Shown here: piece after piece, positions 49,877 to 59,933 of the stretch | Position numbering within the stretch: position 1 is the stretch's first letter | Layout of the letters: every line of letters begins with the position of its first letter | Made by a program: the position numbers and the translations under genes | The notes under the pieces: generated by a model | Databases searched by the model: none | What the model was told of the DNA's origin: nothing | The model's input: the letters and a program-made list of their open reading frames with translations, nothing else | NCBI GenBank assembly: GCA_015062385.1 | Contig: SUUT01000002.1 | Location: forward strand, 72,229-136,228 | Reading direction: 5' to 3' | Origin: Alphaproteobacteria bacterium | Lineage (GTDB): Bacteria; Pseudomonadota; Alphaproteobacteria; CAAHEQ01; UBA3637 | DNA length: 64,000 nt

Positions 49877-50491
49877 ATGTCAACACTTATTATTTGGGAT
49901 TGGGATAATACTTTAATGAATACACGTCCTGCTGTAACAGAAGGATTGCAAGATGTTTGCCGTTTTTATCAGTTGCCGGATATTACCCCTGCTGATGTTT
50001 TGAATGTTATGACAAATCATCGAGGAGATTTTTGGCAACGTAATTTTGGAGAAAATGTTCCACAGGCTGTTGCTCGTTATGTAGAATATTATCGTTCACA
50101 TATGGATATGGTCAAACCATTTGATCAAACAGAATCTGTTTTAAATTTTATTCGTTCTTTAAATTTACCTCAAATAATTTTAAGTAATAAGAACCATGAG
50201 TCATTGGTTGAAGAAGTAAAACGTCATCAGTTGGATGAATATTTTGAAGTTATTCAGGGAACAAATGGTCCATTGGGTAAACCGGATGTTGCTTTTGTTG
50301 CTCCCCATTTAAATTTATTTAAACCTGAACGAATTATTCTTATCGGTGATGGTGTTTCAGATATGTTAATGGCGCAAAATTTAAATGCCGAAGCTATATT
50401 AGTTCATCAACCGGATAACACATTACCGCATCATCATTATTGTGAAAACTTATCAGATGTTTTATCTGTTTTAAAAACACTTTTGAGCTAA
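49877..50491 (+). CDS. HAD family hydrolase (phosphoglycolate phosphatase-like)
   Basis: WDWDNTL, SNK, KPD, IGDGVSD. Confidence 0.9.
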   Translation: MSTLIIWDWDNTLMNTRPAVTEGLQDVCRFYQLPDITPADVLNVMTNHRGDFWQRNFGENVPQAVARYVEYYRSHMDMVKPFDQTESVLNFIRSLNLPQIILSNKNHESLVEEVKRHQLDEYFEVIQGTNGPLGKPDVAFVAPHLNLFKPERIILIGDGVSDMLMAQNLNAEAILVHQPDNTLPHHHYCENLSDVLSVLKTLLS

Positions 50492-50516
50492 ACAACAGAC
50501 TCATTGGCATCACCGG

Positions 50517-51083
50517 TTAAAAATTCATTTTTTCACAAAACAAATGAAATGCTTTTAAAAACGTCGGATTAAATTCTTCGGCGTTTTTTTGTATCATCTC
50601 TTTTAAGGTTGAAACATCAAATGAACAAAGCCCTTGTGTTTCTTTTGTATCAATTTGATATGGACCGTTATGATAAACTAAAAATACATGATAAAAAGCC
50701 CCCTTTTGACCGTTATCTTTATCCGCCCGTACAACGCCGATTTCCGAATGAATCATGCCGTTAATTCCGAGTTCTTCTTTTAACTCACGCAAAGCTCCAA
50801 CTTCGTATGTTTCACCTGCAGAAATGTGTCCGCCGGAAGAAAACGTCCATTTGTCCGGATGTTTGAATTTTCTCTTTGAAGAACGCTGTAATACCAATTG
50901 ATTTTCGTTATTTAAAACAAATGTAGCCCCAATTTGCGTATAACAACCTTTTGGTTTAGGATACGCCCGCCAATGGGAACATACAACTTCATCCTGATCA
51001 TTAACTAAACTGATAATTTCATTAAAATGCGGACTGTTTTCAGCACAACGAGCCAAATTAGGAAAATACGGTTTATATGTCAT
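50517..51083 (-). CDS. NUDIX hydrolase (IDI-like subfamily)
   Basis: GGHISAGETYEVGALRELKEELGI Nudix box. Confidence 0.9.
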   Translation of the reverse strand: MTYKPYFPNLARCAENSPHFNEIISLVNDQDEVVCSHWRAYPKPKGCYTQIGATFVLNNENQLVLQRSSKRKFKHPDKWTFSSGGHISAGETYEVGALRELKEELGINGMIHSEIGVVRADKDNGQKGAFYHVFLVYHNGPYQIDTKETQGLCSFDVSTLKEMIQKNAEEFNPTFLKAFHLFCEKMNF

Positions 51084-51729
51084 TATAAATTTCTCCTTTC
51101 GAAGTCATTGAGATGGGTGGTTCTTTATAAAAACCTTTTAATATTAATTCCGGAGTGCTAAATGTTTTTTTGTTTGTATCATACAAACAAGAAACACAAC
51201 CACAATTACCGATTTGAATGGATGTTTGCAATTGTGTCAAAAACAAATTGGTAATAATTCGCCCGTGAGAAACAATTAAAATATGTTCTTCTGTGCAATT
51301 TTCCAATGTTTGATTTAAGTATGTTAAAACCCGTTTTTCTGCCTGATTCCACGTTTCTCCATTTGGCATAGAAAGATTAAATCGGTTTGGATTGTTTTTA
51401 TCATACATATCGTGTAAAAGCCGAGCATATTGCAAAGAGATAAATTGTTTGTTTTTACCTTCACAAATTCCGTATGAAAGCTCTTTTAATGCAGGATTAA
51501 TCATTATCGGTACATTCAGAAAAGAATTGATAATATCAGCCGTTTGTATTGCTCGTTTAAGTGAACTGCTTAAAATACGATTAATTGGGTACTTCTCTAA
51601 TTTTTCGGCGGTTAAAAAAGCCTGTTCCCGACCGGTTGAATTTAAAGGAATATCAGTCCAGCCTTGTAATTTTCCGGCAATATTCCAATCGGTTTCCCCA
51701 TGACGTAAAAAATAAAGTTTTTTATACAT
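51073..51729 (-). CDS. Histidine phosphatase family protein
   Basis: RHGETDWN, SSLKRA, VSHG. Confidence 0.9.
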   Translation of the reverse strand: MYKKLYFLRHGETDWNIAGKLQGWTDIPLNSTGREQAFLTAEKLEKYPINRILSSSLKRAIQTADIINSFLNVPIMINPALKELSYGICEGKNKQFISLQYARLLHDMYDKNNPNRFNLSMPNGETWNQAEKRVLTYLNQTLENCTEEHILIVSHGRIITNLFLTQLQTSIQIGNCGCVSCLYDTNKKTFSTPELILKGFYKEPPISMTSKGEIYNDI

Positions 51730-51825
51730 CTGATATTCCTTTTAGTATATATTTTATTCAATTATAAAAAAATATCCTTAATTTTTCGTTAAGAATATTT
51801 TTTTTAATTTATATAGCATTATGTA

Positions 51826-52272
51826 CTATTCCCCATATCGAATTTCCCAGCCATCACCATATGGATTAAAAGGACTGTCATCAAGATAAGGATTCCCTGC
51901 CCCATATGGATTATTGATACTATCTATGGAATATTCACTACCATATCGACCATAGGGATTAGCAATAGAATCCGGATCATACGGATTACTGTTTAAGTTT
52001 CCCCGAAAATTCCCGGCAGAATCATAAAGTTTTGGTGAATTTGAACTATCCCCGTATGGATCCAAAATGGATGTATCATCAAATTGATTGCCAAATTCAC
52101 CATAAGGATTTTTAATGCTATTCGGAGAATATATACTGCCATATTGTCCGTACGGATTGCTGATCGAGTTAATGTGATATGGATTAACGGTAAATTGTCC
52201 TAAATAACGGGCTGTTGCCGTACCGGAAAAAAGACATATAATTACAATAAAAATAACGAGGTGTTTTTTCAT
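51826..52272 (-). CDS. Secreted protein with SIxNPYGxYGS repeats
   Basis: Signal peptide; repeated NPYG motif. Confidence 0.75.
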   Translation of the reverse strand: MKKHLVIFIVIICLFSGTATARYLGQFTVNPYHINSISNPYGQYGSIYSPNSIKNPYGEFGNQFDDTSILDPYGDSSNSPKLYDSAGNFRGNLNSNPYDPDSIANPYGRYGSEYSIDSINNPYGAGNPYLDDSPFNPYGDGWEIRYGE

Positions 52273-52409
52273 GGAATATCCTCCTGATGGTTTGTAAATG
52301 TATTCTTCTCTTATTTAATTATCCCTCCTTATTTAGAAACAAACAAGTACAAAGATTCATTTTTTGTTCTTTTTTTTGTGTTTTTTTTAGAGACCACACG
52401 CATAGGTTG

Positions 52410-53201
52410 TTATTTTTGTTTTTGAGGTTTAGAAAAATGATTTTTAGACCGATTTAATCGCCTTTTTGTTTTTTGGGGACGAATCCCTCGCACAATTAAA
52501 CCAATCATAATTCCCAACATCACATAACATGTTAAACATTCGGCAACTAAAATCATTTTTGAAAAATACGAAATCGGAATAAAATCACCAAAACCGACTG
52601 TTGTCATTGTAATAACCGTAAAATAAAGGGCGTTATAAATATCATGAGAATCATAAAAAGAAATACGTTTATTTAACATATCCTCGCTGGCAGAAATAAC
52701 GGGGTTATCTGGTATTCGGAATAAAAAATTGATTAAAGTAAACAAAACAATTAATTGAACAAAGAAACGAAAGAAAATAAAAACTTCTTTATGAGTTACA
52801 TACTGTCGGGGAGATAAAAAAGATTTCATTTGTTTGATAAATATGGTAATTTGATAAACAGTAAACGGTAATAAAAAAATACCTGTTATGAAACGAACGG
52901 ATTCTAAATGTGTAAACGGAGCATATATACCGGCAATACAGGCAACAGCATATAAATTGACCGGTTCAGAAATAATCGTGAATGACTTACTTATCCGTTT
53001 GGGCAGAATTCGCAATAACAGAACATATCCACCGGACAATAATAAACCACTGATTAACGGAAAGATAATATATTGTAAAATCAAGGTATCCGTTAATGTA
53101 TAAATTGCTTTCGGATAAATCAAAATAATTGTTTCTAAAAAAAGCAATCCGATAAAGAAAAATAACAAAAACGACATGGTGTATTTGATTAAAATTTGCA
53201 T
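52410..53201 (-). CDS. Potassium channel family membrane protein
   Basis: Multiple TM segments; YFTVITMTTVGFGD pore signature. Confidence 0.85.
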   Translation of the reverse strand: MQILIKYTMSFLLFFFIGLLFLETIILIYPKAIYTLTDTLILQYIIFPLISGLLLSGGYVLLLRILPKRISKSFTIISEPVNLYAVACIAGIYAPFTHLESVRFITGIFLLPFTVYQITIFIKQMKSFLSPRQYVTHKEVFIFFRFFVQLIVLFTLINFLFRIPDNPVISASEDMLNKRISFYDSHDIYNALYFTVITMTTVGFGDFIPISYFSKMILVAECLTCYVMLGIMIGLIVRGIRPQKTKRRLNRSKNHFSKPQKQK

Positions 53202-53385
53202 TCTTTCCCCCTATATTCTATTTATGTAGAAAATATTTATTTAAAATCAACAAGAAAAAAGAATATTTTTTATTATCAAATAATTATTTATCACTTTTAA
53301 TGTAGAAATTAAAAAAGCCTCTCCAAGTTGGCTACGGCTTTCTACACATAAAAAAAACCTCTTTAAAACAAAAGAGGATTTTGTA

Positions 53386-53460
53386 TGGTGGGTGTGACAG
53401 GGATTGAACCTGTGACCCCTACCGTGTGAAGGTAATGCTCTCCCGCTGAGCTACACACCC
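53386..53460 (-). tRNA. tRNA-Val(CAC)
   Basis: GGGTGTGTAGCTCAGCGGGAGAGC...TT-CAC-AC loop...GGTTCAATCC...CACCA. Confidence 0.95.
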
Positions 53461-53582
53461 ATCAAAACAATAGAACTTATATCAAAAACAATCTCAGTTG
53501 TCAATAAAAAATTAAAAATACGTTGATTTTTGTTTGACATCAGTTATTTCCTTGCGTAAAGTATCAAAACAAGGAAATAAAA

Positions 53583-54605
53583 ATGAAGTTACCGGATAAA
53601 TCAAAAAAAATTTTAGCAACCCTCGGTTGTTTGTTGGTTTTAACAATCGGCTATATATGGTTTTATTTTAACAAAGTAAATGAAGTAGATTATCCTGTTG
53701 ATATGGTTTATTTATGGGTTAATGGACACGATGAAGAATGGCAAAAAAAGAAAGAGTTTTGGCAAGCTCAGTATGGAAAATTATCGGATAATGCTATTAA
53801 TAAAGCTCGCTTTCGTCAGTTTGATGAGTTAAAATACAGCCTACGTTCAATCGAAAAAAATTTACCCTGGTTACGTTATATTTTTATTGTGACAGATAAT
53901 CAAACACCGGAATGGCTGAATACAAATCATCCCAAAATAAAAATGGTTAATCATATGGATATTTTTCCTGAAAGTGCTTTGCCAACCTTTAATTCTGTCG
54001 CCATTGAAACCCGCTTACCCTATATTGATGAGTTAGCAGAACATTTTTTATTTGCTAACGATGATAATTATGTGCGTGTACCATTAAATAAAAGTTTTTT
54101 CTTTGATAAAAACGGAAATCCAAATGTTTTTGTAAAATTTAAAAAGAAAACGTCAGATAAAAACATGTGGTTATCTCAAATTAAAAAAGCACATGAATTG
54201 GTTGCATCAAAATATCCGCTTGATTATGCAGTTACGCCATCACACAATATTGATGCTTATAGAAAATCTTATTTTTTGGATACAATTAATGAATTTAAAG
54301 AAGAATTTTATAAAACAACACATTCTAAATTTCGGCAACCGACAGATGTTCAACGAATTATTGTTTCTTTAACTGATAACATGAAAAACAGAACAAATAT
54401 TTTTGATAAATCAGATTATCGTCATTTTCCACCAACTTGCAATAAGGCTTTTTCATTGATTTCTCGAGATTTTTTAACATTAGACGAAGAAATGCCATGC
54501 TTATTTTGTTTGAATGATTTTGAGGGAAAAACAGACAGGGAAATATTAATAACATTAAAAATTTTAGAATGTTTATTTCCTGAAAAATCAACATTTGAAA
54601 AATAA
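53583..54605 (+). CDS. Stealth family hexose-1-phosphate transferase (capsule-type)
   Basis: CR1 DMVYLWVNG; CR2 ELKYSLRSI..PW, PTFNS, FLFANDD; CR4 FCLND...FPEKSTFE; N-terminal TM. Confidence 0.92.
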   Translation: MKLPDKSKKILATLGCLLVLTIGYIWFYFNKVNEVDYPVDMVYLWVNGHDEEWQKKKEFWQAQYGKLSDNAINKARFRQFDELKYSLRSIEKNLPWLRYIFIVTDNQTPEWLNTNHPKIKMVNHMDIFPESALPTFNSVAIETRLPYIDELAEHFLFANDDNYVRVPLNKSFFFDKNGNPNVFVKFKKKTSDKNMWLSQIKKAHELVASKYPLDYAVTPSHNIDAYRKSYFLDTINEFKEEFYKTTHSKFRQPTDVQRIIVSLTDNMKNRTNIFDKSDYRHFPPTCNKAFSLISRDFLTLDEEMPCLFCLNDFEGKTDREILITLKILECLFPEKSTFEK

Positions 54606-54698
54606 ATTAAAAATCTGTTTTATAATGCTTGATTTTTAATGATGTATCAGTTATGATAATGCCAGTTTTATGTTTTGTTATTTAATATGAGGAAAAAA

Positions 54699-57305
54699 AT
54701 GTCAAAATACAAGGAAACCAGAAAACTAGACGATAAATTCAATTCGGAAGCTATGGAGGAACGCAGTATTCGTTTTTGGGAAGAAAACAACGTTTATCAA
54801 TATGATAAAACAGCTTCTCGTGAAAATACATTTGTTGTGGATACCCCTCCTCCAACTGTGTCGGGGTCTTTGCATATCGGGCATATTTTTTCATACACAC
54901 AAACAGATGTAATGGTTCGGTATAATCGTATGCTTGGCAAATCCATTTTTTACCCAATTGGATGGGATGATAACGGCTTGCCGACAGAACGTCGTGTTCA
55001 AAATTATTTTAATATTGCATGTAATCCTAATGTGCCGTATGATCCTGATTTTAAACCAATTCATGACCCTAAATCAAAAGAACCACGCAAAGATGTTTCT
55101 CGTCAAAATTTTATTGAAGCATGTGATGAATTAGTTGTAAATGATGAAAAAATTTTCGAAGATATTTTCCGACACATCGGTCATTCCTATGATTGGAGTT
55201 TAAAATACGCAACTATTGATAAAAAGTCACGTCGGGAAGCTCAAAAATCATTTTTAGATTTAGTTCATCGGGGATTAGCCAAATCCGTTGAAGCTCCGAC
55301 TATGTGGGATGTAACGTTCCAATCAGCTGTTGCACAAGCTGAAATTGAAGACAGAGAAACAGCCGGTTTCTTCCACGATATTCATTTCGGTGTAGAAGGT
55401 TCCGATACAAAATTTACCATTGCAACAACTCGTCCGGAATTTTTGCCGGCTTGTATTGCGGTTGTTGCTCATCCGGATGATGAACGCTATAAACCTTTCT
55501 TTGGTAAAAAAGCCATTGTGCCGTTGTTTGACATTCCTGTTCCGATTGTGCCGTCTGAACATGCTGAAATGGACAAAGGAACCGGTATTATGATGGTTTG
55601 TACATTCGGGGATGCTGCTGACGTCGCTTGGTGGAAAAAATCCGGTTTGCCGATTAAACAAATTATCGGTTTGGACGGTCGTTTAATGGATATTGAATAC
55701 GGCAAAGGTAATTTTGTGTCTTTAAATGCCGAAAAAGCTGTCTCTTATTATGAACAAATCAAAGGATTAAAAGTTAAAGATGCTCGGGCTAAAATTGTTG
55801 AATTCTTGCGGGAAAGTGGTGATTTGGTCGGCGAACCGAAACCGTTAATGCATCCGGTTAAATTCTATGAAAAAGGATCTGTTCCTTTGGAATTTGTTTC
55901 TTCTCGTCAATGGTTTGTTTCTATTTTAAATTTAAAAAATGAATTATTGGATATGGGTCGCAAAATTAAATGGACTCCAGCACACATGCAATCTCGTTAT
56001 GAAGCTTGGGTTGAAGGGTTAAATCAAGATTGGTGTATTTCCCGTCAACGCTTTTTCGGAGTTCCCTTCCCTGTTTGGTATAAAATTAATGAAAAAGGTG
56101 TTATTGATTATGATTCTCCGATATATCCGTCTGTTGATGAATTACCGATTGATCCGATGATTGCCGTTCCTGCCGGATATACGGAAGAACAACGCAATCA
56201 GCCAAACGGTTTTGTCGGAGATAAAGATATTATGGATACTTGGGCAACCAGTTCATTAACCCCTCAAATTGCCATGGCTCATGCACCGGCAGGACATCAT
56301 TTGTCTATGCCGTTTGATATTCGTCCACAAGCACATGATATTATTCGCACATGGGCATTTTATACGATTATGAAATCTTATGCACATGAGGGCAAAGAAC
56401 CATGGAATGAAGCATTAATCAGTGGATTTATTTTGGATCCGGACAGAAAGAAAATGAGTAAATCCAAAGGAAACGTTATTACCCCTATGGATTTGTTGGT
56501 TAAGCATTCAGCAGACGCTGTTCGTTATTGGGCAAGTCGGGCTAAATTGGGAATGGATACAGCTTTTGAAGAACAAATTATGGAGCAAGGTCGTAAATTA
56601 AGCATGAAAATCTTCAATGCTGCAAAATTTGTATTTATGATGGTTGAAAAATCGGGTATTGATTTGTCTGTTGATTATCATAAAAATATTACAGAAGCAG
56701 AAGATAAGGCCTGGATTGCTCATTTGTCAGATGTGATTGCTACTGCAAATAAATCTTTTGAAATCAATGACTATGCTTTTGCTCTTGAAGTAACTGAAAA
56801 ATGTTTCTGGGATTTCTGTGACAACTATTTGGAATTGGTCAAAGGACGTGCTTACAGTGAAAATCCGATTTCTGCCGTTTCTTCACTTATGTTGACGATT
56901 GATGTTTTAATGCGCTTATTTGCACCATTTTTGAGCTTTACAACAGAAGAAGTTTGGCAATCTCGTCCGTGGGGAACAAGTGATGTTTCCGTTCACAAAG
57001 AATCTTTTCCGACTGTTGCCGAATTAAAGGATGTATCAGGAGATGAAGCCGTTTATGCAAAATCCGTTTTATTGATTAATTTAATTCGGAAACAAAAAGC
57101 AGAAGAAAAACGGTCAGTTAAAACACCGATTTTAGAACTGGTTGTTTCAGCTTCTGAAAAAGATATTCCGTTATTAAAACAATCTCAATCAGATATTATC
57201 AATGCCGGAAATATTAAAGACAACAACATTTCTTATGCTGTTGGCAATGAATTAGCACTAACAACCTGCATTTTCGGAGAAGATGAAAAAAAAGTAAAAG
57301 CCTAA
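54699..57305 (+). CDS. valS: Valine--tRNA ligase
   Basis: DTPPPTVSGSLHIGH, DWCISRQR, KMSKS. Confidence 0.96.
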   Translation: MSKYKETRKLDDKFNSEAMEERSIRFWEENNVYQYDKTASRENTFVVDTPPPTVSGSLHIGHIFSYTQTDVMVRYNRMLGKSIFYPIGWDDNGLPTERRVQNYFNIACNPNVPYDPDFKPIHDPKSKEPRKDVSRQNFIEACDELVVNDEKIFEDIFRHIGHSYDWSLKYATIDKKSRREAQKSFLDLVHRGLAKSVEAPTMWDVTFQSAVAQAEIEDRETAGFFHDIHFGVEGSDTKFTIATTRPEFLPACIAVVAHPDDERYKPFFGKKAIVPLFDIPVPIVPSEHAEMDKGTGIMMVCTFGDAADVAWWKKSGLPIKQIIGLDGRLMDIEYGKGNFVSLNAEKAVSYYEQIKGLKVKDARAKIVEFLRESGDLVGEPKPLMHPVKFYEKGSVPLEFVSSRQWFVSILNLKNELLDMGRKIKWTPAHMQSRYEAWVEGLNQDWCISRQRFFGVPFPVWYKINEKGVIDYDSPIYPSVDELPIDPMIAVPAGYTEEQRNQPNGFVGDKDIMDTWATSSLTPQIAMAHAPAGHHLSMPFDIRPQAHDIIRTWAFYTIMKSYAHEGKEPWNEALISGFILDPDRKKMSKSKGNVITPMDLLVKHSADAVRYWASRAKLGMDTAFEEQIMEQGRKLSMKIFNAAKFVFMMVEKSGIDLSVDYHKNITEAEDKAWIAHLSDVIATANKSFEINDYAFALEVTEKCFWDFCDNYLELVKGRAYSENPISAVSSLMLTIDVLMRLFAPFLSFTTEEVWQSRPWGTSDVSVHKESFPTVAELKDVSGDEAVYAKSVLLINLIRKQKAEEKRSVKTPILELVVSASEKDIPLLKQSQSDIINAGNIKDNNISYAVGNELALTTCIFGEDEKKVKA

Positions 57306-57322
57306 TCAGATTTTAATTATAA

Positions 57323-57360
57323 TAAAACGGTGAGAGACAAAGAGTCAATCACCGTTTTTT
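57323..57360. terminator. Bidirectional terminator between valS and the pilin-like gene
   Basis: AAAACGGTGA...TCACCGTTTT. Confidence 0.7.
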
Positions 57361-57376
57361 ATTGAAAACAAATACC

Positions 57377-58762
57377 CTACTCTGTTAAGCAATAATCCAC
57401 AACCTTATGAAGTTTAAAATTCATACTGCCGCAGTTATTATCACATTCATTATCCCAAAATTGAATGGTTATATCTGCCAAGCCATTAAATGTAAAATAT
57501 TTAATCGGTTGATTTCTTAATGCATTTGTTACTTGTTTAGTTGTTCCAACATTATATCCCTCACCATTTCCCACAAAATCAGAATCTTTATTAATAATAT
57601 ATCCTAAATTTTTTGTACCCTCAAATACATATGTTGCAAAACCGACCCGCTTCGTCTTACAATTATAATAATGGTATCCATCAACCCATTCAAAATAATA
57701 TGTCCCTTTTAGTTTACCTAAGTTATTTGTTGTAATACGGCACTCCCAAACAGAACTATTAATTCCGGTTGAAGCAATATCCATTTCAACCACATCTTCT
57801 GTTTTACAAACACATTCGCCATTTTGATTGGGTTCTAATTCATATTTTGATGTATCACAATAACACACACATGTTTCCCCATCCTGAATCTGTCCCGTTG
57901 GACAAGATGTTGCACACGGCGTACACATTTTTGTTATTGCATCCCAATGTATTTTATCTGTCGGACAAGATTCACACATATTGTTTGTTCCGCATACCGG
58001 AGTCGGATTAGCACAATCATCATTCGTTAAGCATTCCACACACTTTTCATCTTTCCAAATCGGAGAGAAATCCGGACAGCGACACATTACTTCATCTTCA
58101 AACCATTCTTTGGGAGGATAACATCGTTCACAATTATCCCCGAACTCATATTCATGCCGACAAATACATCCGTATGTACCGTCTTCTTTTTGTCGCCATA
58201 CCATTTTATCGGGGCAGGTTTCCGGTTCAATATTTGGATTATCTATATCCGGCAGATTCGAACTCCCGCTTCCGCTATTTCCGCCCCCATTTCCTCCGCC
58301 AAAGTGAGAACCGGATTCAAATGTCGGTGTTGCATCAAAGGAAAATACCATGCTTGTTTTATTGTTTGGGTTTCCACACGTTTTTGTTAAAATTGAAATA
58401 CCCATATCATTCAATATACCTTCCTTTTGAAAGAGCTTTTCACAAATTTTATGTGTCATCTTAAATGCCGTTACCTGATAATTGCCGTCAACCAATTTAA
58501 CCATAGACTTTTTATCATCCGGCGTATATTCGGAAAGTGCTGACTTAATAAATCGATTGACTTCTAAGGCATGTGAAGCCCGAGAATCTGTTTGTGCCAA
58601 TGTTTTGGCTTTTCCGAGAACATCCTGCACTTTGCCGGCTTGATAAGCCGTTAACGCATATTGATAGGTTGCAACACCCCCAACGGATAATACCCCGATA
58701 ATTGCCAGAACCCCCAGCATTTCCACCATTGAACGACCAAGTTCATTTATTTTAGTTTGCAT
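57377..58762 (-). CDS. Type IV pilin-like N-terminus, Cys-rich stalk, distinct C-terminal domain
   Basis: LG|RSMVEMLGVLAIIGVLSVGG; first ~220 aa highly similar to the 34176-36389 protein, C-terminus unrelated. Confidence 0.85.
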   Translation of the reverse strand: MQTKINELGRSMVEMLGVLAIIGVLSVGGVATYQYALTAYQAGKVQDVLGKAKTLAQTDSRASHALEVNRFIKSALSEYTPDDKKSMVKLVDGNYQVTAFKMTHKICEKLFQKEGILNDMGISILTKTCGNPNNKTSMVFSFDATPTFESGSHFGGGNGGGNSGSGSSNLPDIDNPNIEPETCPDKMVWRQKEDGTYGCICRHEYEFGDNCERCYPPKEWFEDEVMCRCPDFSPIWKDEKCVECLTNDDCANPTPVCGTNNMCESCPTDKIHWDAITKMCTPCATSCPTGQIQDGETCVCYCDTSKYELEPNQNGECVCKTEDVVEMDIASTGINSSVWECRITTNNLGKLKGTYYFEWVDGYHYYNCKTKRVGFATYVFEGTKNLGYIINKDSDFVGNGEGYNVGTTKQVTNALRNQPIKYFTFNGLADITIQFWDNECDNNCGSMNFKLHKVVDYCLTE

Positions 58763-58798
58763 ATTTTCCTCACATCATAAAGTTGCATTTATGAAATG

Positions 58799-58957
58799 AT
58801 TATAAAAAAAGGGACCTTTTTTTCCCTATTCAAAATAGAAAAATCTGATTTTTACAGAAATGAAAGATTATTGTTTTAATTTAATAAGTTAATTAAAATC
58901 AAAAAAAATGCTAAAAAGTGAAAAAAATTGTTGCATTTATACGTCCCTTTTATTGCA
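58799..58957. promoter_or_regulatory. Putative invertible promoter, copy 4 (OFF)
   Basis: IR AAAAGGGAC (58807-58815) / GTCCCTTTT (58943-58951). Interior 58816-58942 = 127 bp. Inversion gives TTGCAT-17-TATAAT toward the pilin gene. Confidence 0.87.
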
Positions 58958-59030
58958 ACCATTCAAATATTACGAAAAGTGAAGAAACAGAAAATTCTTC
59001 AAACTTTATTCTTTTAATCTAAATAGAAAA

Positions 59031-59933
59031 TTAAACAGTATAATAATTTCGAATTTGGTTAATCAACTCATCAAAACAACCGGCTGTTTTTTGAATTTGT
59101 TCCTGTATTTGAGGGGTTATATTTGCTACATCATTTTTTATTTCGGATAAAACATATTCTTTTATTTTTTCTGGCACATTCTCTTTTAATGCCCATTGAA
59201 TGGTCGCATTATATGTGAATTTCCAAAACCAAGCCATGTAAGAAACAGCTGTATCAGCAAATGTTTGAATATCGGAAAATAAAACATATTCCCGCTGGAT
59301 AGCTCTGTTAAATACTTTATCCGATATAACCGGTATTTTTGGTTTATTCCGATATGGAATAATAAACGTATAATCCAATATGTTTGATAATGTATCGGCA
59401 TCCTTAACTAAATAACACACATTTTTAACAAATTGCTTATCCTTATTGCTTAAAGAATGATATTGTTGATTAACAGTTAACACACTATTTTGAAGAGTAT
59501 CCGATAATTTTTGAAAACGGGGATGTAAACACAAATCCTTTTCGGACAAATCCAAAAAATCCATATCCGTTTGATCATGAACCAATACAGCACTTAATAT
59601 GGCAATATCATTCAGTTGATAGGTATCAATTAACCATTGCATACCTGCTGCACCATGCTGAAATCCTTCAATTTTGCTACCATCTTCCCTCAACTCAAAG
59701 GCCCGTCCGATATCATGCATCAACAAAGCCAATGAAACTCGTTGTTTATCCTTATCTGATAATTGATGAAATATCGGTTCAGACTGCATTAGTTCTTCAC
59801 CAACTTTTACAACTTGAAGCGTATGAAAATATTTCAACATTAACCAATCTTTATTTAATGCCGTATAACGTTTATAGTAAATATCAGCAGCTCGAAATAC
59901 ATCTAATACATCCGTATAATAATTAGGCATCAA
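59031..59933 (-). CDS. HD domain phosphohydrolase
   Basis: KYFHT...LMHDIGR...H...VKDAD. Confidence 0.85.
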   Translation of the reverse strand: MMPNYYTDVLDVFRAADIYYKRYTALNKDWLMLKYFHTLQVVKVGEELMQSEPIFHQLSDKDKQRVSLALLMHDIGRAFELREDGSKIEGFQHGAAGMQWLIDTYQLNDIAILSAVLVHDQTDMDFLDLSEKDLCLHPRFQKLSDTLQNSVLTVNQQYHSLSNKDKQFVKNVCYLVKDADTLSNILDYTFIIPYRNKPKIPVISDKVFNRAIQREYVLFSDIQTFADTAVSYMAWFWKFTYNATIQWALKENVPEKIKEYVLSEIKNDVANITPQIQEQIQKTAGCFDELINQIRNYYTV

